A stretch of 64,000 nt of DNA from an uncultured virus (IMG/VR IMGVR_UViG_3300021254_000023) (taxonomy: Duplodnaviria; Heunggongvirae; Uroviricota; Caudoviricetes). Within the stretch, counting starts at the first letter, position 1; each line of letters begins with the position of its first letter. Shown here one piece after another: positions 40,792 through 49,752 of the stretch. The notes beneath the pieces were generated by a model. The model was not told the DNA's origin and did no database searches. It was given only the letters and a program-made list of their open reading frames with translations. Both the position numbers and the translations under genes were made by a program. The stretch lies in the IMG/VR virus record IMGVR_UViG_3300021254_000023. The stretch is one strand, 5' to 3'.

Positions 40792-41906
40792 AAAATTTTA
40801 CAGGCTGGGGAACAAAAATTAGAAGAGACCTTAGCAAGAATTACTATGCCATATGGCAAAATCTAGTAACAACACGACTTGACCTAGGGGATGATATTGC
40901 CCTAGAACCAGAGAAATCTGAGTTCATGGATGTTGGAATAACTTCTAGGTGTAATGCATGTTGTCCGTTCTGCTATGTCAGTGCAAGCGATAAAGGTCTT
41001 GATTACAAGAACATTGCCAAGACATGGAAAAAGTGGATGGCAACAATGCCCGCTGATAGACCAATTGATCCGAATCTTCTTTCCGAGGACGACCCTTTAA
41101 AGGAAGTTTTTGACGATAAAAGAACTCCGAAAGAACTGCTCTTAGATATAGCAGAGATTGGAGCTGGAAAAAAGAAGACTAATGATGCAGGAGAAGGAAT
41201 AGATGACCTAGAATTAATTCTTAAGATCAAATCCTTTACTGCGTTAGGACTTCCACTGGTAGAAACATTTAGGCCTTATCAGATAGCTTGTGGTTCGATT
41301 GGTGAACCTACAATTCATCCAGAATTTGTAGAATTTTTACAAGCTGTTTTTGAAACTGGCGTAGTTCCAAATTATACAACAAATGGAATTGTACTATCAG
41401 ATTATAGAACACAGGAATGTAAAGATCTTTTAGAAGCAACTAAGCAATTCTGTGGTGGTGTGGCGGTTAGTTTTGGTAATAAGAAACTTCACCCACATGC
41501 AAGAGTAGCTATAGAGAACTTAATCCTATACGGGGAGTGCAAAGTAGTCATACATCATCTCATAAGCGACAAAGCTAGTGTGGACGACATGATTAACCTA
41601 GCCAAAGAGTATAAAGACCGACTCCATTATCACGTCCTATTGCCGCTTATGGCACATGGTCGCAGTAAGGAAGGTTTACAGGAAGGCGTTTTCGAGTATA
41701 TGTATGAAAGATGTGAAGAGGAAGATGTGACAAACCTAGCTTTCGGTGCTAACTTTGCTCCACAGCTAAAAGCACATCCAGACCTTTTCCCAGTCTATGA
41801 GTATCCTCGGGAGATTTATAGTAAAAACGTACTTCTCCAGGAAAACAAAGTCATAATAACACCAAGTAGTTTTAACTTAAAGCCATGCAAGACGATAGAG
41901 TTGTAG
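40788..41906 (+). CDS. Radical SAM protein 2
   Basis: CNACCPFCY (CxxxCxxC), GEPTIHP, YTTNG; ATGA overlap with TNSS protein C. Confidence 0.9.
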   Translation: MKNFTGWGTKIRRDLSKNYYAIWQNLVTTRLDLGDDIALEPEKSEFMDVGITSRCNACCPFCYVSASDKGLDYKNIAKTWKKWMATMPADRPIDPNLLSEDDPLKEVFDDKRTPKELLLDIAEIGAGKKKTNDAGEGIDDLELILKIKSFTALGLPLVETFRPYQIACGSIGEPTIHPEFVEFLQAVFETGVVPNYTTNGIVLSDYRTQECKDLLEATKQFCGGVAVSFGNKKLHPHARVAIENLILYGECKVVIHHLISDKASVDDMINLAKEYKDRLHYHVLLPLMAHGRSKEGLQEGVFEYMYERCEEEDVTNLAFGANFAPQLKAHPDLFPVYEYPREIYSKNVLLQENKVIITPSSFNLKPCKTIEL

Positions 41907-42032
41907 ATTTTACCACGTGTGCCGGAATTGTAGATTTTTATAGTTCTTGCCGAGCACCAACCGAGAGAGAAAAACTTAAGAGAAGTCTTAAAATGGATAA
42001 CGATACTTGGGAAATATATGAAGCTTGGTTAG

Positions 42033-42551
42033 ATGGAAAGAGTGACGACTGGCTTATCCTGTCCTGAAGAGATTTTCAAAGCATACTCAGGACTGGTCAT
42101 CTCTTGGGATAGCGTTAGGAGATCTGTTAAGGATCTCTATGGCCTATCCCTTCAATTTATAAGTCAAAAGTTCAAGGAATGGTTGAACGATAAGACCGTT
42201 GATGGGAACGTGGTCCTAAGGATTCTTGAAACGGCTAGAAAATCTTCACATAGAGATTTCATAGTAGGATCTTATGATCTTAAGATGTGGACGGCTGGTG
42301 AAGGTAAGGACAATGGCTGGATTAATGTTGGAGGGTTGGTTTTCGAGAATGGTAGGTTTCCAGGATTTATTATGAGAGGTACAGATTACGGTACATATTG
42401 TACTATTAAACCTCCATATCTAATGACTAAACGTCAGTACTTGCTGAACAATAGTTATGAAAGATCAATGAGGCGAAAATGTAAAGAATTCGCTGAGAAA
42501 GTGCTCGAAGAACAAAGAGCCAAACCTAGACTTCAAATGGTATATTGGTAA
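42033..42551 (+). CDS. Hypothetical protein
   Basis: 172-aa ORF. Confidence 0.65.
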   Translation: MERVTTGLSCPEEIFKAYSGLVISWDSVRRSVKDLYGLSLQFISQKFKEWLNDKTVDGNVVLRILETARKSSHRDFIVGSYDLKMWTAGEGKDNGWINVGGLVFENGRFPGFIMRGTDYGTYCTIKPPYLMTKRQYLLNNSYERSMRRKCKEFAEKVLEEQRAKPRLQMVYW

Positions 42552-43357
42552 TGGCACTTTTTGGTCACACAAAGCAATTCAAAGAAGTCGTAAAAGAACC
42601 AAAGAAGGTTGAGACAAAATCTCTTATAGAGGATTTACAATTTGTAAGCGACTGCTACAGAACCTTCTTCAGGACAAACGTTAATGACTCTTGGCGGAAT
42701 ATCTTCAGAGAATTCTTCAAACAGCTAAAGTTCCACTTCAAAGACAAACGATTCCTCCTAGTTAGAAGGTCTGATTTTATATCAATGGCTGAGAGACAGG
42801 GGATTCTAGAGTTCACCAGAGAAGAGGATAAAACAGGAAGGATGAAATCCTTCAAGTCGAGAGCTCTATTCAACTGCAGCTTAGGATATGTCTATGACTT
42901 CATTAGGACAGTTCCAAGTGTTACCCTGAAGAATGGTATTTCTGAGGGGAACCTAATGTTTCAGGTTAACCAGGCTGTCATCGATAGAGGCGGCAGAAAA
43001 TTAGTAACTATTCACCAAGAGACTCCAGAAGAAATTACAGTCCGAACCATCTTCAGTGCTCTCTGGGGATTGGTAACAGAGTCGAGGAGAAATGTAATAG
43101 GCACTCCCATGGAATTGGTTACAACAAGTGCAACTAAAGACTCAGTACCGGATTGTCGTTACATTATGAGTAACGAAACTTATGTTGGGGCTAGTAAATA
43201 CGTAGTCCCAGAAGACAGTATCATGGTAGGGCGAGACTCTGGGAGTAAGAAAGAGATTAAGTTTACACCAACACCATTTGGTTACATAATCTGGTTAAAT
43301 CCAGACGCTGATGGAGGAATAGTAGAGAAAGTAGGGTGGTTATACTCAAGGGTATAA
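42545..43357 (+). CDS. Hypothetical protein
   Basis: 270-aa ORF. Confidence 0.7.
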   Translation: MVMALFGHTKQFKEVVKEPKKVETKSLIEDLQFVSDCYRTFFRTNVNDSWRNIFREFFKQLKFHFKDKRFLLVRRSDFISMAERQGILEFTREEDKTGRMKSFKSRALFNCSLGYVYDFIRTVPSVTLKNGISEGNLMFQVNQAVIDRGGRKLVTIHQETPEEITVRTIFSALWGLVTESRRNVIGTPMELVTTSATKDSVPDCRYIMSNETYVGASKYVVPEDSIMVGRDSGSKKEIKFTPTPFGYIIWLNPDADGGIVEKVGWLYSRV

Positions 43358-43415
43358 AATCCCCACTTCTCTTTTCCTTATTCATGATTAATATGAACAA
43401 CAAACTTTTTAAACA

Positions 43416-45611
43416 ATGGAAGCAATAAGAAAATTATTACAAGAACAGTTTAAGAATCTCCTAGCAACCGGACACCTATTCCGGTCTAACATTGAGGGAG
43501 ATTTGTTGTGGATGGCTTACATCGAGGGATTCAATAACGATCCCATCTTCCGTGCAACAAATAGTTCAGTACATAACTGTAACTACTGTCACAACTTTGT
43601 ACGCCATTACGGACCTATCGTAGCGATTAATCAAAACTATGAGCTAATTTCTTTGTTCGATATAGAAAATGATAAGATCCCTGACGAATATAAGAAATCT
43701 ATCAAGGATATGCATGATTTGATCCATGCACAGGGAAAGGTAAAAGATATTTTCATAGAATCTTTTGCCCATCTCTCTGATCCACGTATCCCTTACGAGG
43801 AGAATCCGAAAAATAATCAACCCACTTATCGAATCGGTGTCGAACATAATATTAAGAGATATCTGGCAGAAGATGTGGCTAGATGGCCGAATTCAGGAAT
43901 CCAGGTAGGTCACGTTGAGACATTCCGTCACTTCTACTTAGACTTACCACGTGAATACGTTAACTTTGGTTCAGAATCCAGAGAAGAAATAATGTCCATT
44001 AAGAGAAGTACGAAGGAGGCATTTCAGCGTATTCTGAACGAAGTTAGTCCCGACGTCATGCAGCTCGTTATAGAGTTGGAAGAACAGGGGAGCTTACTCA
44101 ATGCAGCACAATATATGCCTTCTCTCAAGAAGTGTCTGGAAGTAGCTGAACAATATCAATCACTTGGAAGCAAGCAGCAAGACAACTTTGTATGGATTCA
44201 GAGTCTGGAAAATCGTGGTGCAGTCATTAAGGCTAGTAGCGCCATGGGTAAATTGCTTGAAGCCCTCGCTGATGGAGAAACCAGCCTAGAGAAAGCATGT
44301 GAGGACTATAACTATAGAGTTGATCCTGCTAACTATCGTCGAGCAACTGCTCCTGTCTCAAAAAGCGCCATCCTGAAAGCACAGGAGTTCATTGAGAAGA
44401 ATGGATTTGAAGAGTCCTTCATTCGTAGATGTGCAACTATCGAGGATATTCAAGCTGACTTGGTTCTCTTCAGTAACCAGACTGAGACACAGACCAAGAC
44501 AAAAGTATCGATTTTCGATAACCTGAAACCGACGGCTGTTGCCAAGACAAATAACATGGCCAAAGGATTTGACAAGCTGAAGAAAGTTCCTATTGATGCA
44601 TTCATGGCTGACTTCTTGCCGAGATGTGAGAATGTAGAGGTTTATTTGGACAATATTCACAAGAATAATTTCATGACCCTCCTCACCTCGAACAACAAGG
44701 ATAGCAAGAGGATCTTCAAGTGGATGAACAACTTTAGCTGGTCCTATGTTGGTGGCAATGCAGGTAAGTCTATGATCAAGACGGCCGTTAAACAGGCTGG
44801 TGGTAATGTAGAAGCACCGTTCAGATTCTCTATCATGTGGAATGAAGATTGGCAGACGAATCCCGTCACAGTGGATTTTGATGCCCATGCTATCGAGCCC
44901 AATGGTGTAGAGATATTCTACTCAACTCCCTATCGAAAAGATAGAGGTAATCAGATGACTCCATGTTCAGGACAGCTGGATATCGACATGATCAATCCTC
45001 CAAGGACTGGCGTTGAGAATATCTACTGGACCAATACTGCCCGACTGAAGGACGGTAAGTATGTACTATTTATCAATAACTTTGGTGGTACAAACCGTGG
45101 ATGTAAAGCTGAGATATTCATCGATGGCGTGACCTACCAATATCATGTTACCAAGGCCTTCAGAAACAAGGAGAACCAGACCATAGCAGAGGTTTGGATC
45201 AAGGATGGACATCTCCAGAAGATCGACCACTCTCAGTGGCTGGTTAAGGAAGAAACAAAACGGGAAACTGTATACGGACTGGATACATGTCAGTTCCATC
45301 CCGTTAGCCTAGTTTGCGTAAGTCCTAACTACTGGCAAGAGCAAGGAGTAGGTAATAAGCATTACTTCTTCATGCTGAAGGGCGCTAAGGCCCCGGAGAA
45401 GATTCGTTCCATCTACAACGAATTCTTGATCCCAGAACTCTATAACTACCGAAAGGTGTTGGAAGTTCTTGGTAATCAGCTGAAGGTAGACTCTACACCA
45501 AACCAGTTGTCTGGTCTTGGCTTCAACGCTACTGTACGAGACGAAGTTGTTGTTCGCTTAACGGGCGACTTCGAAAATAATAAACAAAAACTCATTAAAG
45601 TAACATTCTAA
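43416..45611 (+). CDS. Large conserved phage protein with HNCNYC motif and YfaP/DUF2135-like domain
   Basis: HNCNYCHNF; DFDAH...GQLDIDM...VENIYW; GNKHYFF; LSGLGF. Confidence 0.75.
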   Translation: MEAIRKLLQEQFKNLLATGHLFRSNIEGDLLWMAYIEGFNNDPIFRATNSSVHNCNYCHNFVRHYGPIVAINQNYELISLFDIENDKIPDEYKKSIKDMHDLIHAQGKVKDIFIESFAHLSDPRIPYEENPKNNQPTYRIGVEHNIKRYLAEDVARWPNSGIQVGHVETFRHFYLDLPREYVNFGSESREEIMSIKRSTKEAFQRILNEVSPDVMQLVIELEEQGSLLNAAQYMPSLKKCLEVAEQYQSLGSKQQDNFVWIQSLENRGAVIKASSAMGKLLEALADGETSLEKACEDYNYRVDPANYRRATAPVSKSAILKAQEFIEKNGFEESFIRRCATIEDIQADLVLFSNQTETQTKTKVSIFDNLKPTAVAKTNNMAKGFDKLKKVPIDAFMADFLPRCENVEVYLDNIHKNNFMTLLTSNNKDSKRIFKWMNNFSWSYVGGNAGKSMIKTAVKQAGGNVEAPFRFSIMWNEDWQTNPVTVDFDAHAIEPNGVEIFYSTPYRKDRGNQMTPCSGQLDIDMINPPRTGVENIYWTNTARLKDGKYVLFINNFGGTNRGCKAEIFIDGVTYQYHVTKAFRNKENQTIAEVWIKDGHLQKIDHSQWLVKEETKRETVYGLDTCQFHPVSLVCVSPNYWQEQGVGNKHYFFMLKGAKAPEKIRSIYNEFLIPELYNYRKVLEVLGNQLKVDSTPNQLSGLGFNATVRDEVVVRLTGDFENNKQKLIKVTF

Positions 45612-46024
45612 TGTACAAAAAAGCAACACGACTGAAGCTCCGCTTCAATGTAGGAAATGGCCCCCTGACTGTTGATCAGCTTTGGGACATCAACATGAAT
45701 AGCCTGAAAAAGGTTGTAGAAGTAACTCACAAGCAGCTCAAGGAACTGTCCCAGGCCAATGACGACGATGATCTCGCCTTCCTCGAGTCTGAAACTCCCG
45801 TCGAGAACAAGGAGTTGGATCTGGCTAAACTCCGTTTCGAGATTGCCAAGGACGTCTATGTGACTCGCCGTGATGAGCGTACAGCTGCCAGCGAAGACGC
45901 TAAAACTGCCGCTGAGATCCAGCATCTGGAGGAAGTTCTGGCTCGTCGAAAGGAACAGGAATTGGAGAATCTCAGCTCAGAAGAACTCGAGAAGAAGATT
46001 GCTGCTCTTCGTGAGAAAAAGTAA
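45611..46024 (+). CDS. Conserved phage coiled-coil protein
   Basis: MYKKATRLKLRF..GPLTVDQLWD; follows previous gene. Confidence 0.75.
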   Translation: MYKKATRLKLRFNVGNGPLTVDQLWDINMNSLKKVVEVTHKQLKELSQANDDDDLAFLESETPVENKELDLAKLRFEIAKDVYVTRRDERTAASEDAKTAAEIQHLEEVLARRKEQELENLSSEELEKKIAALREKK

Positions 46025-46067
46025 AAAGAAAAGAGAACCCTAGAGAATTAACTCTAGAGTTTTCTTT

Positions 46068-46349
46068 TTATAGGTTCTTGGCGATAGCTTCTTTAAGCTC
46101 ATTATAAACTAACTGAAGTTCAGTCAAATTAAGAAGACTGGTTGCTATTCTTTTTTCTGAGCTTTCCACATATAAAATTCTATCCTCACCTAACACCAAG
46201 TTTCGATAAGGATATGCATTGATAGGGAACACAGTTAGATTAATGTTCACCATCCAGTCAACCATCGTTTCGATAATCTTACTTCTTAAATTTTTAGATT
46301 CTTCTTGAATCTCTTCGATTTGTTTACTGAACTTAATTTTATCTATCAT
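46068..46349 (-). CDS. Hypothetical protein
   Basis: 93-aa ORF. Confidence 0.6.
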   Translation of the reverse strand: MIDKIKFSKQIEEIQEESKNLRSKIIETMVDWMVNINLTVFPINAYPYRNLVLGEDRILYVESSEKRIATSLLNLTELQLVYNELKEAIAKNL

Positions 46350-46645
46350 AAACCAAAGCCTTCCTTCTTTATTCGATTTCTGTCATACACCGGAAGATTT
46401 TTAAGCCATTCAGATACCCACTCATTGTTTCTATTCTGATAGGATACACGAATGCCCTCTTCTCTAGCGTCTTTGAATTCTGGAGTCATGGAGGTAATGG
46501 ATACTACCTTCAAAATTAGTCCTCTTGGGAATTCAATATTGACAAGATGCTTCTTTGTGTAAACTTGTTCATCACTATCTAAGACGTCTGTTTTCTTTGT
46601 CGTCTCACAATTATTCAATAAATATTGTAATATCTGTTTCATCAT
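46346..46645 (-). CDS. Hypothetical protein
   Basis: 99-aa ORF; promoter motif abuts ATG. Confidence 0.65.
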   Translation of the reverse strand: MMKQILQYLLNNCETTKKTDVLDSDEQVYTKKHLVNIEFPRGLILKVVSITSMTPEFKDAREEGIRVSYQNRNNEWVSEWLKNLPVYDRNRIKKEGFGL

Positions 46646-46763
46646 ATATAAGGCTTTTCACGGAAAATATGACATCAAAGCCTTATAAGTGAATAATAAA
46701 CGTGACACGAGTTTCCTTCTTTTAAGGCTAGACTTGTTGTCACTTAATTTTAATAAATTTATT

Positions 46764-47258
46764 ATGGAAGAGAAAAGCTATTACGAATTATGGCCAGTAT
46801 TGCCATATGAGAAAAACGAAAAGTACGAGTATGAAATGTACAATAGTTGTATGTTTAATAGAAGCGATAATAGAAATCAACTGAGGTTTACTCTCTCATT
46901 CGAAAGTATAGAAGAATGGTTCCTAGGTATGTCCTACCTTATAGGACGAGGTTGGTACAATAGCATGAAATTTGCGTACAGTCTAATTCCGACCCTCAAA
47001 AAAGAAGACGGAACACCTGCTTACCATTGGGTAGAAGCAAGAAAACAGAAGGTGAGAGAAAGAACCCGTGATATAACAGTAGACAACTTTAAACAGGTTG
47101 TTGATTTTGACGGAAGACTAGTTATAGATATAGTGATTAACTATAACAAACTAGAAGAATTCAGGAATTCTCTGAAAGAATGGCCTGGATTTTCAACTAT
47201 GTGGCTAAGCCCAGATTGTAAATGGAGTAGCCAAGACAATAATTATTTTATTAAATGA
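46764..47258 (+). CDS. Hypothetical protein
   Basis: ORF; ATG at 46764. Confidence 0.65.
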   Translation: MEEKSYYELWPVLPYEKNEKYEYEMYNSCMFNRSDNRNQLRFTLSFESIEEWFLGMSYLIGRGWYNSMKFAYSLIPTLKKEDGTPAYHWVEARKQKVRERTRDITVDNFKQVVDFDGRLVIDIVINYNKLEEFRNSLKEWPGFSTMWLSPDCKWSSQDNNYFIK

Positions 47259-47932
47259 TTATCTTACGAAAGAAGAATGTAGTAGAAGAACGAACATTCT
47301 CGAAGCCTGATTATTTGTTTGGAACAAACCATATTGTCGGTGTTATTCAACAATTAGTCAAGCTAATGAACATCCGCACAGGAAGAGATGCGGAGGACAA
47401 TTTTAGTCACTGGATTGCTAACTTACAGGGAGCATTTATTCGCCAAATCTTAGCATCAGTGGCATCTACAAACAATCTTATAGGTGGATATCAATCAATG
47501 CTTATTTTAAACGAAGATAAGGATAGGATTATTTCCGACCCTAAGATTAGAAAAGTCTTTGGTGATGAGCTTGCAAACGACGTTAGTAGTGGAAGACTCA
47601 AGTGTGGTGATGAGCTCATTATAGAAGGTATTAAAAGTGCTGAAGGTGATGGAGGTATGAAGTATAAAAGTCACTTTACAAAGTTAGAAAAAGATAAAGA
47701 ATTTATTGCAAATCTCCGAACACTCCTTAGGCATATTGCACTTCGTTTATCTGGACAACTTGGTCCGAACGACGACTATTGGGACTCTACGTGGAAAGAA
47801 GTAGACTATACTCGTCGATCGAGCGTTAAGTATACAGAGAAACAAGTAAGAGAAATTATGATTCAAAGTCTCATTAAATATTTTGAAGCTATGGGCTTAG
47901 AGTATAGTGAGGCACTGCATGAATACGAGTAA
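47255..47932 (+). CDS. Hypothetical protein
   Basis: 225-aa ORF followed by GGGGAG/CTCCCC terminator. Confidence 0.7.
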   Translation: MIILRKKNVVEERTFSKPDYLFGTNHIVGVIQQLVKLMNIRTGRDAEDNFSHWIANLQGAFIRQILASVASTNNLIGGYQSMLILNEDKDRIISDPKIRKVFGDELANDVSSGRLKCGDELIIEGIKSAEGDGGMKYKSHFTKLEKDKEFIANLRTLLRHIALRLSGQLGPNDDYWDSTWKEVDYTRRSSVKYTEKQVREIMIQSLIKYFEAMGLEYSEALHEYE

Positions 47933-48012
47933 ATTTCTCAGGGGAGCCTAAACCACTCCCCGTTTTTTTTTCTGGACCAAAATAAAAGAGAGGATTTCTC
48001 CTCCCTTCTTTT

Positions 48013-49200
48013 TTAACCTTTCAGAACAGCTATTGGACTGAGATGAACCAATGGCTTAACCAAGTCCTTCTCATTCTCCAGGACCTCTTCAATGTTCTTA
48101 TAGGCAGAACCAGCCTCTTCAAGGTCCCTCCTACTTCGAATAGCATGGATAATTCCCTTCTCCTCCATCATAGCACATTCTTTATCAAAATCAATCGTAT
48201 TGACGGCCTCAGTTCTAGACATCTTACGACCTGCTCCATGTGAGCAAGACTCATAAGAATCAGGGTTCCCTAAGCCCTCAACAATGAAGCTACCACTACT
48301 CTGGCTACCGGGGATAATACCAATCTCACCGAGTCCAGCACGAGTGGCTCCCTTACGGTGGACAATACACTTAATGCCAAAGTGTTCCTCATATGCTGCA
48401 TAGTTGTGATGAATATCAATGGGCTCTTCATGAGTCATATCAGGACATACATCCCCAATGACTTGGAGAATACGATCCATCATAAGCTTTCGATTAGCAC
48501 GGGCCCATTCTAAGGCAAATTCCATTTCATGCCAGTAGGCATCGAATTCTGGTGTACCTTCGGGGAGGAATGCTAAACGAGCTTCAGGGTCTACAGCCGA
48601 GAAATACTTCTTATTCAGGTCTTTGGCTATGGCCTCGTACTCTGAGAACAATCGACCACCAACACCACGAGAACCCGAATGAACCATGAGCCAAAGGTTA
48701 TCGTTGTCATCCTTTTGAAACTCGATAAAGTGATTGCCGGCCCCGAGTGTACCAAGTTGTTTTCTGACCAGCTTATTCCAACCATTTCCCTTTGTAATCA
48801 TAGGAAGTGTAGCAGGATCCCAACCTTGTGGGAGGAGTTCCTCATCTTGAAGAGTCTTCTGCGGCTCATCTCCTATCACGACAACTTTGCGTGTGCCACG
48901 CATAAAGCCCTTACGAATCACTTCTGGTGTGAGAGTGGAGGCCTTAATGTTTGTCTTGACAGCACGCATGCCACAGCCGCAATCTGAGCCAATTGCAATA
49001 GGGACAACAACACCTAACAGTGGCATAACTGCGCCGATACTAACTGATGCGCCGGCATGCATGTCAGGCATATAAGCAATTCCTTCGGGGTGAATGAAGG
49101 GAAGTTTAGAAGCGTTTTCTACTTCAACCCAAGCACGGGCATCTGCTGATGTTGCCCAAATTTTAATTTTAGTTCCGTTTAATGTTACAGATTTCATCAT
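48013..49200 (-). CDS. rtcB: RtcB-family RNA ligase
   Basis: MPDMHAG, DCGCGM, GTLGAGNHFIE, HSGSRG, HHNY, HRKGAT, SHGAGR, AYK. Confidence 0.95.
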   Translation of the reverse strand: MMKSVTLNGTKIKIWATSADARAWVEVENASKLPFIHPEGIAYMPDMHAGASVSIGAVMPLLGVVVPIAIGSDCGCGMRAVKTNIKASTLTPEVIRKGFMRGTRKVVVIGDEPQKTLQDEELLPQGWDPATLPMITKGNGWNKLVRKQLGTLGAGNHFIEFQKDDNDNLWLMVHSGSRGVGGRLFSEYEAIAKDLNKKYFSAVDPEARLAFLPEGTPEFDAYWHEMEFALEWARANRKLMMDRILQVIGDVCPDMTHEEPIDIHHNYAAYEEHFGIKCIVHRKGATRAGLGEIGIIPGSQSSGSFIVEGLGNPDSYESCSHGAGRKMSRTEAVNTIDFDKECAMMEEKGIIHAIRSRRDLEEAGSAYKNIEEVLENEKDLVKPLVHLSPIAVLKG

Positions 49201-49238
49201 ACAGTTTTATAAATTTTAATCTTCACACTTATAAGGTG

Positions 49239-49686
49239 AAGGTGTAATTTCAATGACATTTTTTGGCAAAATACTATTATAGGGTTTTCTGGATAAAAAA
49301 TTACACCTTAAATAGGGCGCACAAAGGAGTGAGCGAAGCGATTCCCACATAGACAAGCAATAACAAAACCAGCACCCGCTCGGCCAAAGATTCTTTACGC
49401 TCCACTTCCCTTCTCTAAAAGAGAAGTTCGTTCCACTAAACTTTGTCCTCGCGGGCCTCTGGGTTACGACCCCTCTTCGTCTTCGACAACAAGGTCTCCG
49501 ACTCATCGGCCGCTTCGCGGAAGGTCGAACCTTGAGGTGAATATTATGTACTGTTTTTCGGAGCTGAGCACGAGCATAGCAAGGGCGAGGCGGAGAAGAG
49601 AAAAGAGAGAATTTTTTAGGTACCACTTTTAATGACATTTTTTGGCAAAAACCTATAATAGTCTCTTCCACACAAAAAAGTGGTAC
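49239..49686. promoter_or_regulatory. Structured non-coding element 2 (hairpin - GC core - hairpin), origin-like
   Basis: IRs 49239-49250/49298-49309 and 49620-49630/49676-49686, both enclosing AATGACATTTTTTGGCAAAA..CTATWATAG; core homologous to element 1. Confidence 0.7.
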
Positions 49687-49752
49687 TTTGGAGGACTCCC
49701 TGTGGGAGGCTCCTAGGTCAAGAAAAGAAAGGGACCGAAGTCCCCGAAGAAA

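Noticed and set aside
41050..41270. Intein in radical SAM 2 (extra ~70-aa segment)
   Set aside because: No Cys/Ser start or His-Asn end; looks like an ordinary charged insertion
49216..49671. 151-aa minus-strand ORF
   Set aside because: Arg/Cys/Pro-rich translation of a GC-rich structured element; the homologous element at 8.7-9.0 kb has no comparable full-length ORF
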